Positions 47,601 through 56,872 of a stretch of DNA of 64,000 nt are shown here, piece by piece. Numbering within the stretch: the stretch's first letter is position 1; the number at the start of each line of letters is the position of its first letter. The notes below the pieces were generated by a model that searched no databases, had not been told where the DNA came from, and saw only the letters and a program-made list of their open reading frames with translations. Made by a program: the position numbers and the translations under genes. Source of the stretch: Vulcanimicrobiales bacterium (GTDB lineage Bacteria > Vulcanimicrobiota > Vulcanimicrobiia > Vulcanimicrobiales > Vulcanimicrobiaceae); assembly GCA_038215615.1 (NCBI GenBank), contig JBBQQR010000002.1, positions 32,001 through 96,000 of the forward strand. Direction: 5' to 3'.

Positions 47601-48557
47601 GGTCAGGATACCGAGCGCGGTACCTTCAGCCACCGCCATGCGGTTTTGCACGATCCCGCTGCGCGCGCCGAATACGTGCCGCTGCAGCACGTTCCCGGAT
47701 CGAAAGCGTCGTTTGAAATTTACGACAGCCCGCTATCAGAATACGCGTGTCTCGGCTTTGAATATGGCTACAGCGCCACGGTTCCCAAAGCGCTGGTGCT
47801 ATGGGAAGCGCAGTTCGGAGACTTCAATAACGGCGCGCAGATCGTGATCGATCAATTTATTGCCGCCGGACAAGCGAAGTGGGGCCAGACCGCGCGGCTC
47901 ACGCTGCTGCTGCCGCACGGTTACGAAGGCATGGGTCCCGAACATTCCAGCGCGCGGCTCGAGCGGTTCTTGCAATTGACCGCCGAGGGAAATCTGCGCG
48001 TCGCGAATCCGTCTAACGCCGCAAATTACTATCATTTGCTGCGCCAACAAGCGACGATGCCGCAGCCGGTCCCTCTCATCGTGATGACGCCGAAGTCGCT
48101 GCTGCGCCACGCGGCTGCGGCCGGCGGCCTCGACGAGATGGCCAACGGCGAGTTTCGGCCGGTGCTCGACGACCCGCGCGTTGAGGACAAATCCACGATC
48201 GAGCGTCTGCTCTTGTGCAGCGGAAAAATCTACTACGATCTGAGGCTTCATGAGAAATATAAAGATCTCAAGAAAACGGCGATCGTGCGCATCGAGTTGC
48301 TCTCACCGCTGCCTTACACGGATATCAACTCGATCATCGCGACCTATCCGAATCTCAGGAAGCTGGTCTGGGTTCAGGAAGAGCCGAAGAACATGGGCGC
48401 ACGCGCCTATGTGCGCCGCCGCTTGATCGAACGTCGTAACGACAACCTCGAGATCGACTACATCGGCCGTCCTTACCGTGCCAGCCCTTCCGAAGGCTAT
48501 CCCGGCGCGCACGCGGCCGCGCAAGAGCGCATCATTACGGAAGCGCTGACCGAGTGA
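44628..48557 (+). CDS. kgd: Multifunctional 2-oxoglutarate dehydrogenase: lipoyl + E3-binding + succinyltransferase + E1o fusion
   Basis: TDKVDVEVPS lipoyl; ATP.AKRFA..LDVDL..V.GSGPGG.I; YDHRVIQGA; GMAHRGRLN, HGDAAF.GQG..NN, HGYEG.GPEHSS. Confidence 0.92.
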   Translation: MPDTLVRIVLPEMGESVTEGSVVAWRKQPGDFIAEGDPLVEITTDKVDVEVPSTVSGVVKQLLVAEGDTVAVGAALAEIDTTAKAPGAAKAPAPVAAKSAPPKPPASAPSSPQAKPNGAVVATPQAKRFARQLDVDLARVHGSGPGGLILREDVDRQAEILPPASRGAQLPPLPPLPANAQVTPIKGPAAALASYMEQSLSIPTATSFRTIAVDTLDARRRDLNAGIKAAGRSEKISFTHVIAYALVRAAHEMPFITAHFRRDGNQPVRVEPGVHLGLAVDAERKDGSRFLVVPVIKDASSLDFAAFRNAYEDLVAKARANKLAADDLQGASFTLTNPGGIGTAASVPRLMPGQGAIIAAGAIGYPPGFAKANEASLKSLGMTKIMQMTSTYDHRVIQGAQSGDYLKRIDELLQGKDGFYETLFASLGLQMSDFLEGRSPERAFSESKGASDEMLRAVAAGMALVAAYRTHGHLAAHLDPLGSPPPGDPSLEPANWGLTPALQSAVPASVLRVKVPGNTLADVLPQLRETYSSTIAYEVEHISNTEQREWLRDAIESGRYKITFSDDRKIDLLRRLTRVESFERYLRKTFLGQKTFSLEGLDAMVPMLEELLALIAADGTQAAVIGMAHRGRLNTIAHILNRPYEEILTEFEAAHERGELGSADVTGDVKYHQGAEGVFETPDGKKVRVTLSNNPSHLEAVDPIVEGTARALQTDHSLPVAQLDAKKAVPILIHGDAAFPGQGVVAEVLNLQSLTGYSTGGTVHIISNNQIGFTTDPRDARSTRYASDLAKGFDVPIVHVNADDLSACMWAVHLAAEFRRRFGRDVLIDVIGYRRFGHNEQDEPAYTQPAMTEKIKAHPTARDLFANNLVAQGVLAAERVAELAADAAAHLQETHRTVKSGKHNVAGMLAKISGTAPIEAVPLVAAGKDRLLAWTQELTRVPDGFSANKKLQAQFERRQSTIAQKGLVDWGMAEALAFASLLTQGTPVRLTGQDTERGTFSHRHAVLHDPAARAEYVPLQHVPGSKASFEIYDSPLSEYACLGFEYGYSATVPKALVLWEAQFGDFNNGAQIVIDQFIAAGQAKWGQTARLTLLLPHGYEGMGPEHSSARLERFLQLTAEGNLRVANPSNAANYYHLLRQQATMPQPVPLIVMTPKSLLRHAAAAGGLDEMANGEFRPVLDDPRVEDKSTIERLLLCSGKIYYDLRLHEKYKDLKKTAIVRIELLSPLPYTDINSIIATYPNLRKLVWVQEEPKNMGARAYVRRRLIERRNDNLEIDYIGRPYRASPSEGYPGAHAAAQERIITEALTE
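45943..45973 (+). repeat. REP-like sequence inside the kgd interdomain linker
   Basis: GTCCTGAGCGAGCGTTCAGCGAGTCGAAGGG shares TCCTGAGCG...GAGTC(G/A)AAGGG with the intergenic copy at 22514. Confidence 0.45.
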
Positions 48558-48597
48558 CGGCTTCGCCGTCGAGCAAGGGCTAAGGTTATAGCCAGGA

Positions 48598-48972
48598 ATG
48601 CCTGAGCGGTACGAGCGCGGCGAAAAGTTGCTGCGCAAGATCGATGGCGACAAAGTTGCGGATAACTTAATCGCGGATTATGAGAAGTTAGCGCCGGATT
48701 TTGCACGGTACCTCGTCGAATTCGCGTTTGGAGAAATTTATGCGCGCGAAGGTGACGTAAGACAAAGGGAACTCGTGGCGATCGCTTCGCTCGCGACCAT
48801 GGGCGGCTGCGATAAGCAGCTCGGAACGCATGTGCGCGGGGCTTTCAATGTCGGTCTTACCGAGGCCGAAGTCGTCGAAGCCGTGATGACCCTCATACCG
48901 TACATCGGCTTTCCGAAGGCGCTCAACGCGCTGGCGGTTGTTAAAAAAATCGTCGATAAGCGCGCGACGTAG
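48598..48972 (+). CDS. Carboxymuconolactone decarboxylase family protein
   Basis: EFAFGEIYAR, RELV.IA.L, QL..HV.GA.NVG.T..E, YIGFPKALNA. Confidence 0.88.
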   Translation: MPERYERGEKLLRKIDGDKVADNLIADYEKLAPDFARYLVEFAFGEIYAREGDVRQRELVAIASLATMGGCDKQLGTHVRGAFNVGLTEAEVVEAVMTLIPYIGFPKALNALAVVKKIVDKRAT

Positions 48973-49015
48973 AGATCTTCGATAGATCTTAACAACGGCT
49001 TGATAGAGTCGGGCG

Positions 49016-50323
49016 ATGAAGATATGGATTGGGCTCGTCCTTCTCTGCGCTCTTGCCTTCGCTCGGCAGCGGGTTTCAGCCGCGCGCAACGCCGATGTGG
49101 CACAGTTCGTAACGGCGTTCAATACCGGAACGGCTGCCGCGATCGACGCTTACGTGCACGCGCACGTTCTGCCCGCGCCTCCCGGCGCGCACGCGCCCGA
49201 CGCGGCGCAATCGCTACGGCAGCTGCGGCAAGCAATCGGGACTATCATCCCGATAACCGCAAATGAACTTCCGCGCCGGATCGTGGCCACGGTTCGCGCA
49301 CAGAGCGGCGGGTGGTACCGCGTAAACTTCGTTCGCGCTCCGCAAGCCACTCCGCACCGCTTCGCGCGAATCGTGACCGACCTGGGTCTCCCGCCGAAGT
49401 CTTCAGGGCAGAGCACAGAACAGTATCTGTCGGCTCTTTCGTCGGCGGGATATTTCTCCGGCGTCGTGCTGAGCGCTACAACGAACGCTCCGCCGCTTGT
49501 CACGGCCGTTGGATTCGCGAACCGGGCTGGGGGCGCACAAAACACCGCGGATACCCTCTTCAACATCGGTTCGATCGGAAAGTTATTCACGACGGCTGCG
49601 GTCTATCAACTCATCGAGCAAGGTGTTTTGCACAAAACCGACACCATTGGAAAGTGGCTTCCGGATTATCCGAATGTGGAAGCCCGCGCAGCGACGATCG
49701 ATCAGCTGCTGTCCATGCGCTCGGGAATCGGCGATTTCTTTAATGCGCGATTCTTTCACGGATCGCCAGAACGCATTCGCACGCTCCAAGATTACGTGCC
49801 GTTCTTTGCCGCCGAACCGCTCGCGTTCAAGCCTGGAACGAGCCAGATGTATTCCAACGGCGGATTCCTCGTCTTAGGACTCATCATCGAAAAAGCGAGC
49901 GGTCAAGACTTTTATTCTTACGTCAAGGTGCACATATTCGACCCGGCCGGGATGACGAGCACGTCGTATCCGGCGATCGATCAGGTGCTTCCAAATCGGG
50001 CGCTCGGTTACACGCGCCAGTGGAGCGAACTGGTAACATATCGCACCGAACTACGCCCGGCGGTGCAGGGCGAGCCGGGGCGCGGGAGTTCGGCGGGCGG
50101 CGCATTTTCAACCGCCGGCGATCTCTATAAATTTTCACAAGCGCTGCAAAACGGATCGCTCGTGAAGGGCCGGTACGAATGGAACGGCCCGGGAAATTTC
50201 TATGCGGGCGGAACTCCCGGCTGGAACGCCGCGCTGGATATCGAAAAAGGATCGACAACCATCGTGCTGGCCAATCTCGATCCGCCCGCAGCGGAAAACC
50301 TTGTAGAAAACCTTCAGCCGTAA
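49016..50323 (+). CDS. Serine hydrolase, beta-lactamase/class C-like family
   Basis: Signal peptide; FNIGSIGK (SxxK), YSN, SAGG..ST..DL. Confidence 0.87.
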   Translation: MKIWIGLVLLCALAFARQRVSAARNADVAQFVTAFNTGTAAAIDAYVHAHVLPAPPGAHAPDAAQSLRQLRQAIGTIIPITANELPRRIVATVRAQSGGWYRVNFVRAPQATPHRFARIVTDLGLPPKSSGQSTEQYLSALSSAGYFSGVVLSATTNAPPLVTAVGFANRAGGAQNTADTLFNIGSIGKLFTTAAVYQLIEQGVLHKTDTIGKWLPDYPNVEARAATIDQLLSMRSGIGDFFNARFFHGSPERIRTLQDYVPFFAAEPLAFKPGTSQMYSNGGFLVLGLIIEKASGQDFYSYVKVHIFDPAGMTSTSYPAIDQVLPNRALGYTRQWSELVTYRTELRPAVQGEPGRGSSAGGAFSTAGDLYKFSQALQNGSLVKGRYEWNGPGNFYAGGTPGWNAALDIEKGSTTIVLANLDPPAAENLVENLQP

Positions 50324-50350
50324 CTCCAGGAGGCCCTCGATCCTTTCGCA

Positions 50351-51040
50351 ATGTTGAATCGCCGTTCGCGTGTTCTGATCGTCGAGGATGATGTGAAGAC
50401 GTCGGAAACGGTTGCGCTCTACCTGCGTTCAGCGGGTTACGATGTGGCGCAATCGTTCGACGGCGAGGCGGCGTTGGAGAAGGCACAGGCCTGGGAGCCC
50501 GACCTCGTCGTGCTCGATCTCATGCTGCCCAAAGTGAGCGGACTTGATGTTTGTGCAAGATTGCGCGTCGGCGGCGACGTGCCGGTCATTATGTTGACGG
50601 CCAGAACCACCGAAACGGATCGCCTGCGCGGACTTGAATCGGGAGCGGACGACTACGTCAGCAAACCGTTTAGTCCGCGAGAGCTGGTGGCGCGGGTGAA
50701 GGCGGTCATGCGCCGCCGCACCTCTGTCGCGCACGAGCGCGTGAGCTTCGGCGAGGTCGAGATTGACGCCGGAGCTCGCGACGCACGCGTGAACGGCGCG
50801 CCGCTGTCACTGACGCCAACTGAATTCGGCCTGCTGTTCGCGCTGTGCCGCCAGCCGAAAATCGTGCGAACGCGCGACGACCTCATTGCTGAGGTTATCG
50901 GTTTCGATTACGAGGGTACCGAACGAACGATCGACGTGCACGTTCGCAACTTGCGTCGGAAAATCGGCGACGCCGGCGGCCGCCGCACGCACATCCGTGC
51001 CGTGTTCGGCGCAGGGTACAAGATCGATTCCGATGCGTAG
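50351..51040 (+). CDS. OmpR-family response regulator
   Basis: VEDD, LDLMLP, KPFSPREL, LTPTEF, RTIDVHVRNLRRKI. Confidence 0.94.
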   Translation: MLNRRSRVLIVEDDVKTSETVALYLRSAGYDVAQSFDGEAALEKAQAWEPDLVVLDLMLPKVSGLDVCARLRVGGDVPVIMLTARTTETDRLRGLESGADDYVSKPFSPRELVARVKAVMRRRTSVAHERVSFGEVEIDAGARDARVNGAPLSLTPTEFGLLFALCRQPKIVRTRDDLIAEVIGFDYEGTERTIDVHVRNLRRKIGDAGGRRTHIRAVFGAGYKIDSDA

Positions 51041-52412
51041 CCTGCGCTTTCGTCTGCTCGTCGCGATAACGCTCGTTGCGGCGATCGCACTCATCGCGGT
51101 GGGGTTGTTTTCTACGCGGAGCACACAGCTTGAATTTCAGCATTTGCAGAGGCCGGCTGCGGCTACAGTTCCCGCTGGAGCGCTTTCCGCCGCGCAAAAA
51201 TGGTACGAAAGCCATCATTCGTGGCTGCACGTTGACTCCGTCCTGCGGTTACCGCACGCGCAGCTCGTGCTGTTCACTATGCAAGGGCGGTTCGTCGCTG
51301 CGTCAAATCCGGCCGTGCGTGAAGCGACGCTCGCAATCGGAAGCGAGCCGGTAATCCGCGTGAGCGTAGTCCGTCCGGGTCCGCTCAGCCAAGAAGAGCA
51401 ACTCGTTTTACGCAATCCACCCGGTGCTGTCGTGCGTAATCGTTCGGGCACGGCGATCGCAATGCTTTACGCAATACCCCTGCCGGCGGTACGCGGCCAG
51501 AGTCCGGCGGCAATGCTGAGCCGTCAGTTGTGGCTCGCCATTTTATGCGTGCTCCTGGCCGCATTTGGCGCCGCGTGGCTACTAGCGGGGCAAATTCTCT
51601 CTCCCGTGTCGGCTTTGAGCGAGGCGACGGCGTCAATGCAAAGCGGAGATCTTTCCCGCCGCGTCACCGTAAGCGGACCTAAGGAGATCGCGCAGTTAGC
51701 GCAGCGTTTCAACGATCTTTCCGCGCATCTCGAGAGGTCGGAAGCGCTGCGTAAGCGCATGATCTCCGACATCGCTCACGAGCTGCGCAGTCCGCTCACA
51801 AATATTCGCGGCATTGTCGAGGCTTTGGAAGACGGACATCTGGCCGTCAATACTTCGACGTTGCGTTCGCTCGGCGAAGAGGCAGCGTTTCTTTCGCATC
51901 TTGTCAACGATCTGCAAGATCTCTCACTTGCCGACGCCGGACAACTGAAATTCCAGATGAACGATGTGGCGGTGGACGAATGCGTGCAGGCTGTGGCCGA
52001 CTCCCTGTCTTCGGCTGCGCGCGAAAAAAACGTAGAGATCTGTATCCTTTCACAGCAATCCGTACACATTAGAGCCGATGCAACGCGCGTACGGCAAGTC
52101 ATCAACAATTTGCTCACCAACGCGATTAGGCTGGCTCCCGCGCACTCTGCGATAAGAGTCTCGGTCGATGCCGACAAGGATGCGGTCCGCATCGAGATTT
52201 GCGATGAGGGTCCCGGCATAAAAGACCAGGAGTTGGATGCAATCTTCGAGCGGTTTTATCGGGCCGATGAATCGCGTTCGCGCACGGATGGCGGTGCGGG
52301 TCTAGGTCTTGCGATCGTTAAGCAGCTCGTTGAGGCGCACGGCGGTTCCGTCCGGGCGGTGAATAACGCCGAACGCGGCGCAACATTTTCATTTACATTG
52401 CCCAGAGGCTAA
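51033..52412 (+). CDS. HAMP-domain sensor histidine kinase (BaeS-like)
   Basis: Two TM helices, HAMP, DIAHELRSPL, NLLTNA, DEGPGI, FERFYRAD.SR, GLGLAI. Confidence 0.92.
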   Translation: MRSLRFRLLVAITLVAAIALIAVGLFSTRSTQLEFQHLQRPAAATVPAGALSAAQKWYESHHSWLHVDSVLRLPHAQLVLFTMQGRFVAASNPAVREATLAIGSEPVIRVSVVRPGPLSQEEQLVLRNPPGAVVRNRSGTAIAMLYAIPLPAVRGQSPAAMLSRQLWLAILCVLLAAFGAAWLLAGQILSPVSALSEATASMQSGDLSRRVTVSGPKEIAQLAQRFNDLSAHLERSEALRKRMISDIAHELRSPLTNIRGIVEALEDGHLAVNTSTLRSLGEEAAFLSHLVNDLQDLSLADAGQLKFQMNDVAVDECVQAVADSLSSAAREKNVEICILSQQSVHIRADATRVRQVINNLLTNAIRLAPAHSAIRVSVDADKDAVRIEICDEGPGIKDQELDAIFERFYRADESRSRTDGGAGLGLAIVKQLVEAHGGSVRAVNNAERGATFSFTLPRG

Positions 52413-52943
52413 TAGCACATCGAGCAACTCGTCAGGCGATTCGGCGGACGAAAAGAGCATGCGGTGACGCACCGTCACGAAGCCTTCGCGCACCATGTTA
52501 TCGAAAAGCGCAATCAGATCGTCGTAATAGCCGTACGCATTGAGTAAGCCGACGGGTTTGTCGTGAATCTGCAGCAGCCGCCATGTCAAGATCTCGCAGA
52601 ACTCGTCCATCGTTCCGAAACCCCCGGGCAGCGCGATGAACGCGTCGCTCAGGTCTGCCATCAACGCTTTGCGTTCGTGCATGCTGTCCACGATGTGAAG
52701 TTCGGTCAGCCCGTCGTGCGCGATCTCCCGGCCGGAAAGCGCTTGCGGGATCACGCCGATCACTTCGCCTCCGGCCGCCAGCGCGGTGTCGGCGAGAACG
52801 CCCATCAACCCGACCCGGCCGCCGCCATAGATGACGCCCATGCCGCGTTTGACGATCGCGCTTGCGGTGAGGATTGCAGCGTCGATGTAACGCGCATCGC
52901 CGCCGGATTGTGAGCCGCAAAATACGCCGACACGGGAAGGCAT
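52389..52943 (-). CDS. LOG family nucleotide phosphoribohydrolase (TIGR00730)
   Basis: VFCGS, YGGG.VGLMG, MHERK, PGGFGTMDE. Confidence 0.93.
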   Translation of the reverse strand: MPSRVGVFCGSQSGGDARYIDAAILTASAIVKRGMGVIYGGGRVGLMGVLADTALAAGGEVIGVIPQALSGREIAHDGLTELHIVDSMHERKALMADLSDAFIALPGGFGTMDEFCEILTWRLLQIHDKPVGLLNAYGYYDDLIALFDNMVREGFVTVRHRMLFSSAESPDELLDVLLASGQCK

Positions 52944-52993
52944 GGCGGGCGGTTTGGCGGGGCGCGGCCGTGCGCCTGCCGTAGAACCGGAAG

Positions 52994-53434
52994 ATGGAAT
53001 ATCGTTTGTTCGGAGCGCGTGAAGTTCCGCGGCGTTTCGTGCTGGTCTTCGAAACCGGCGACGATGTGATGGCCGAGATGCAGCGCTTCGCCGAAGAGCA
53101 GAACGTTATGGCCGCTTTTTTTAAGGGCCTAGGCGGTCTTCAACGCGCCACGGTCGGATTTTACAACCTCGATCAGCAACGGTACGAGCCGATCGAAGTC
53201 GACCAGCAGGTGGAACTGCTCTCACTGCTCGGCAACGTTTCGATTTACGACGGGAAACCGAAGCTGCACATCCACTGCACGGTTTCGTACCGCGACGGAC
53301 ACGCCGCCGGCGGACATCTGCTGCAAGCAACGGTCCGCCCCACGCTGGAAGTCGTGTTGGACGAACTTGCCGGCAATTTGCATCGCACGGACCGTCCGGA
53401 GATCGGCATCCCGCTACTCGATCTGACGCACTAA
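52994..53434 (+). CDS. PPC/DUF296 domain protein
   Basis: ELLSL.GN, H.H, GGHL..ATVRPTLE. Confidence 0.88.
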   Translation: MEYRLFGAREVPRRFVLVFETGDDVMAEMQRFAEEQNVMAAFFKGLGGLQRATVGFYNLDQQRYEPIEVDQQVELLSLLGNVSIYDGKPKLHIHCTVSYRDGHAAGGHLLQATVRPTLEVVLDELAGNLHRTDRPEIGIPLLDLTH

Positions 53435-53448
53435 TTGGGGAAGACACG

Positions 53449-53937
53449 ATGCGCAAACTCGTAGTCCTTGGATGTATGTGGATGCTGGGCGCATCCCCGG
53501 CCGCGGGCGTAGACGTGCATTCGATGTTTGCGAAGATCGCGCCGGGTCTGAAAGCGCGCGTCAAAATCGCGCTCTTGCTTCCCACGCGCTTACCGGCGAC
53601 GTTCCAGGGTGAGAAAATCTTTCCGATCGTGGATCACGCCACGGCGAGCGAGTACGCGGTCGATATCGCGTTATCGCCGGATTGCCGGGGAGAACGCGCG
53701 TGCAGCGAGGGGTTCGTATACGGCTCCAAGTTTGCGTTCAAAACCGGCGATGTTCCGTCCGGCGGAACGCCCGTGCATTTAACGAGCGCCATCGTCGCGT
53801 TGTACCATCGATCGTTGGTGGGCGCGCACGCATCCGACGCGTATTTGTCTTGGAGAACGAAGGACGCGAAATACGCGATTGCGTTGAACACCGGATCGCT
53901 CGCGGACATCTTAGTGGCCGCGCGCAGTATGCGCTAG
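53449..53937 (+). CDS. Exported hypothetical protein
   Basis: Signal peptide; C-x4-C motif (CRGERAC); GGGG purine-rich upstream. Confidence 0.6.
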   Translation: MRKLVVLGCMWMLGASPAAGVDVHSMFAKIAPGLKARVKIALLLPTRLPATFQGEKIFPIVDHATASEYAVDIALSPDCRGERACSEGFVYGSKFAFKTGDVPSGGTPVHLTSAIVALYHRSLVGAHASDAYLSWRTKDAKYAIALNTGSLADILVAARSMR

Positions 53938-53939
53938 GG

Positions 53940-55313
53940 TTAGGCCAGCACCAACTGCTCGTCGCCGGCGCCCGCCTGACGCAGCGCTTCGTGAATCATC
54001 CGGTCTTGGATTTCTTTGACGGCCCAGCGCGCTTGCGCGTCGGGTGAGAGGCGATCGATCGGGTCGAAATACATGAAGGCTTTGCCCGGCTTCACGCTCG
54101 GAGCTGCGTAGACCGCGATACCGTTTTCGCGGTCGTAGTATTCGAAGCTGTGCACGTCACGTTTTCCGCCGCCACCGGGCGCATCGCAGACGAAGGTCGG
54201 TGAGTTAAATCCGGCGGTGCTGCCGCGCACGAATTTTTCGACGTCGATGGCAGTTTGCACGGTCGTGCGCAGATCCTCGACGCCTTTCACCATGTCGTGC
54301 ATGTAGACGTAATACGAATGGACGTTGACGTAGCTGAGGCGTTTGACCAGCAGCTGCATTCGCTCCGCAACGTCGTTGACGCCGCGAATCAGCACGGATT
54401 GATTGCGTACGAAGACACCGCGCTCGAATAGAACGCTCATCGCTTTTTCCGTGATCCACGTGATTTCTTCGGGGGCGTTGAAGTGCGTGTGCAGCACGAC
54501 GTCTTTGCCGAGTCTGCGCCCGCGTTCGACGACGCCGACGATCGCGTCGACCCAGGCCGGATCGGTGAGGAGCTTCATTGGCATGATCGCCGGACCTTTT
54601 GTTGCAAAGCGCATGCGGCGCACGTGCGGGATGTCCAGCAGTGCGTTTCCGATTAGCTCGACGTTCTTCGGAGGCAACTGGTAGACGTCGCCGCCCGATA
54701 TGACGATGTCCTCAAGTTCGGGCCGGCTCGCGATGTAGGTGAAAGCATCATGCCACTGTTTGGGCGTTCGCGCGAGCTCAATTTTGTCGACTTCCTCGGT
54801 ATCGGGGCCGATCGCATAACTGCGCGTGCAAAACCGGCAGTACACCGGACAAACCGCGAGTGGGAGAAAGAGCGCTTTATCCACGTAGCGATGGACGAGC
54901 CCCGGCACCGGCGAATCTGCCTGTTCGTGCAGCGAGTCGAGCACGAGCCGCGGATGATCGGGCAAGAACGTGCTCTTAACCGGAATGAATTGGCGGCGGA
55001 TCGGATCGCCGTACGGGTCGTTCCAATCGATCAACGAGATCGCGTACGGCGAAACGCGAACGGCCATCGGCGCGTGCGCGAACCCGGCGCGCGCGTCTTC
55101 GATGAACTCCGCCGACGCGAGGCTTTCGATCGTTTGCAGCAGTTCCTCGGCTGTTTTGACCGAGTGCTTCTGTTGCCACAAATGATCGAGAAACGTTTTC
55201 TCATCGACGCCCTTGTAAGCCGGAACGTGCCGCCAGAATTCGCCCTGCTTCAGATTTTTGAAGTCAAAGTACTCGGGGCCGACCGGGGGCTTGGTATGAA
55301 GCACGGTATTCAT
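53940..55313 (-). CDS. kamA: KamA family radical SAM/PLP enzyme (lysine 2,3-aminomutase)
   Basis: GLVHRY.DK, CPVYCRFCTR, SGGD, HFN.P.E, NQSVL..GVND, DAPGGGGK; start MNTVLH overlaps the kdd stop. Confidence 0.85.
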   Translation of the reverse strand: MNTVLHTKPPVGPEYFDFKNLKQGEFWRHVPAYKGVDEKTFLDHLWQQKHSVKTAEELLQTIESLASAEFIEDARAGFAHAPMAVRVSPYAISLIDWNDPYGDPIRRQFIPVKSTFLPDHPRLVLDSLHEQADSPVPGLVHRYVDKALFLPLAVCPVYCRFCTRSYAIGPDTEEVDKIELARTPKQWHDAFTYIASRPELEDIVISGGDVYQLPPKNVELIGNALLDIPHVRRMRFATKGPAIMPMKLLTDPAWVDAIVGVVERGRRLGKDVVLHTHFNAPEEITWITEKAMSVLFERGVFVRNQSVLIRGVNDVAERMQLLVKRLSYVNVHSYYVYMHDMVKGVEDLRTTVQTAIDVEKFVRGSTAGFNSPTFVCDAPGGGGKRDVHSFEYYDRENGIAVYAAPSVKPGKAFMYFDPIDRLSPDAQARWAVKEIQDRMIHEALRQAGAGDEQLVLA

Positions 55314-56386
55314 GAGAGCCTCTCCGCGGGACGCGCGAACGCGTAGTATGTATTGAAATAGGCGTGAACGGCCGGGTTGTCGCGCACGGTCTGCAACGCA
55401 ATTGCGGCGTGATCTTTGGTATAGCCGTTGCCGATGAGCATCGTTACCTCTTTCCCGACGCCTTCGGCTCCGAGCGCCGCTGCCGTGAACGAAGTGTTCA
55501 TCGAAAAGAAGTAGACGGTGCCCGAATCCTTCGCGCAGAGGATCGAAGCGAGCTCCGTGCCGTCGACGTTCACGCAGTTGACCACGAGATCGGCAAGCCC
55601 GGGCGCTGTTTTCGAAATCTGCTCGGAAACCCAGAGCGCGTCGCGCGCGTCGGCTTCCAGGAACGTGTCGACGATGCGTTCCGACGTCAGCAAGGCTGCC
55701 GATTCCGTGTTTGCGCGCGGAGCGACACCGATAAGCGTTCCGGAATTGCCCAAACGGGCGCGAGCCCGCGCGCACGCCAGCATGCCGGACTTGCCGTCTG
55801 CGCCGATCACGACGACGGTCATGCCGGGGCGCACGAGTTTGTCGATCTGCGCGGGCGCGCCGGCAACGTCCAGAACGGCAAGCGCGACGCCGGGATCGAT
55901 ATCGTCCGGTAATTTCGACCACGACGCGGATTCGAAGAGTATCGCCGTGCCGCGCACGGACACATGACCGCTGGCGAGCTGCACGCTCTCGATTGCATCT
56001 AAGCGCAGCGGGGTTAGCGTCAGCGAAACGAGCGACGCGATCGCGTCACCTTCGCGCAAATCGATCCCGCGCAAGTCTTGGCCGATCTCGCGGACGCGCC
56101 CGACGAACATGCCGCCGCTTCCCGTTATGGCATTGTGCTGTTTGCCGCGCTCGCGCACGGTCGCCAAAATGTGTTCGGTAATTTTTTGTTCGTCGTCGGC
56201 GCAAAGGGCGCGAATCTGCGCGAACGATGCCGAGTCCAGGTTGAGCGCATCGACGTCGCAGAGAATCTCGTTCGCGAACGGAACCGGCGTATCGTCGAGC
56301 TTCCACGCATTTTGCGGCATGGCGCCCGGCGGAGCGATCACGCGGTGCGCGCCAAAGCGATGACCCGCCTTTCTTGAAATCGTCAT
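55310..56386 (-). CDS. kdd: L-erythro-3,5-diaminohexanoate dehydrogenase
   Basis: G.HRVI.P.G..PQ.A.KLD, LN.DS.SF.Q, RGKQHN..TGSGGM, LVSLTLTPL, LDVAGAPAQ, FFSM.TSF.AAALGAEG, GNGY. Confidence 0.85.
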   Translation of the reverse strand: MTISRKAGHRFGAHRVIAPPGAMPQNAWKLDDTPVPFANEILCDVDALNLDSASFAQIRALCADDEQKITEHILATVRERGKQHNAITGSGGMFVGRVREIGQDLRGIDLREGDAIASLVSLTLTPLRLDAIESVQLASGHVSVRGTAILFESASWSKLPDDIDPGVALAVLDVAGAPAQIDKLVRPGMTVVVIGADGKSGMLACARARARLGNSGTLIGVAPRANTESAALLTSERIVDTFLEADARDALWVSEQISKTAPGLADLVVNCVNVDGTELASILCAKDSGTVYFFSMNTSFTAAALGAEGVGKEVTMLIGNGYTKDHAAIALQTVRDNPAVHAYFNTYYAFARPAERLS

Positions 56387-56868
56387 GTGACCGATATTCC
56401 GCCGCGCTCGAACGGGGTCGAGAGGACGATGGTCGTTTTCGTGCGGGCCATACCGGGCACGCTCTTCAGGCGCGAAAGCATTTCGTCCAAGTGCGCGGTC
56501 GAGCGCGTCATAACTTTGAGAACGAACGACTCCTCGCCGGCCACGCTGTGAATCTCGGAAATCTCGGGCATTGCGGTGAGGGCGGCGATAAACGCGTCGT
56601 AGCTGCAGTCGGGCGCGGTATAGCAGCCGACGAACGCGACGAGTTCCAAGCCCAAAAGTTTGCCGTCAAGCTGGGCGGCGTATCCGCGCACGTAGCCGCG
56701 GCTCTCCAGCCGCTTGACGCGGTCGTGCACCGCGGACGCCTTCAGGCCGACGGCTTCGCCGAGATCGGCAAAGGTCGAGCGGGCATTGCTTTGCAGCGCA
56801 GCGAGCAGCCGGAGGTCGAGCTCGTCGAGTCCGCTTGAGTCAGTGCTACCGTTCGGAGTTTTGTTCAT
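56383..56868 (-). CDS. Lrp/AsnC family transcriptional regulator
   Basis: LDELD..LL..LQ.NAR...L...VGL..SAV.DRVKRLE..G, H.VAGE, T.T.IVL. Confidence 0.93.
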   Translation of the reverse strand: MNKTPNGSTDSSGLDELDLRLLAALQSNARSTFADLGEAVGLKASAVHDRVKRLESRGYVRGYAAQLDGKLLGLELVAFVGCYTAPDCSYDAFIAALTAMPEISEIHSVAGEESFVLKVMTRSTAHLDEMLSRLKSVPGMARTKTTIVLSTPFERGGISVT

Positions 56869-56872
56869 AAGG

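Noticed and set aside
55314..55922. Long N-terminal extension of the 660-aa KamA ORF
   Set aside because: It is an alternative frame overlapping kdd; KamA homology begins at the Met at 55313
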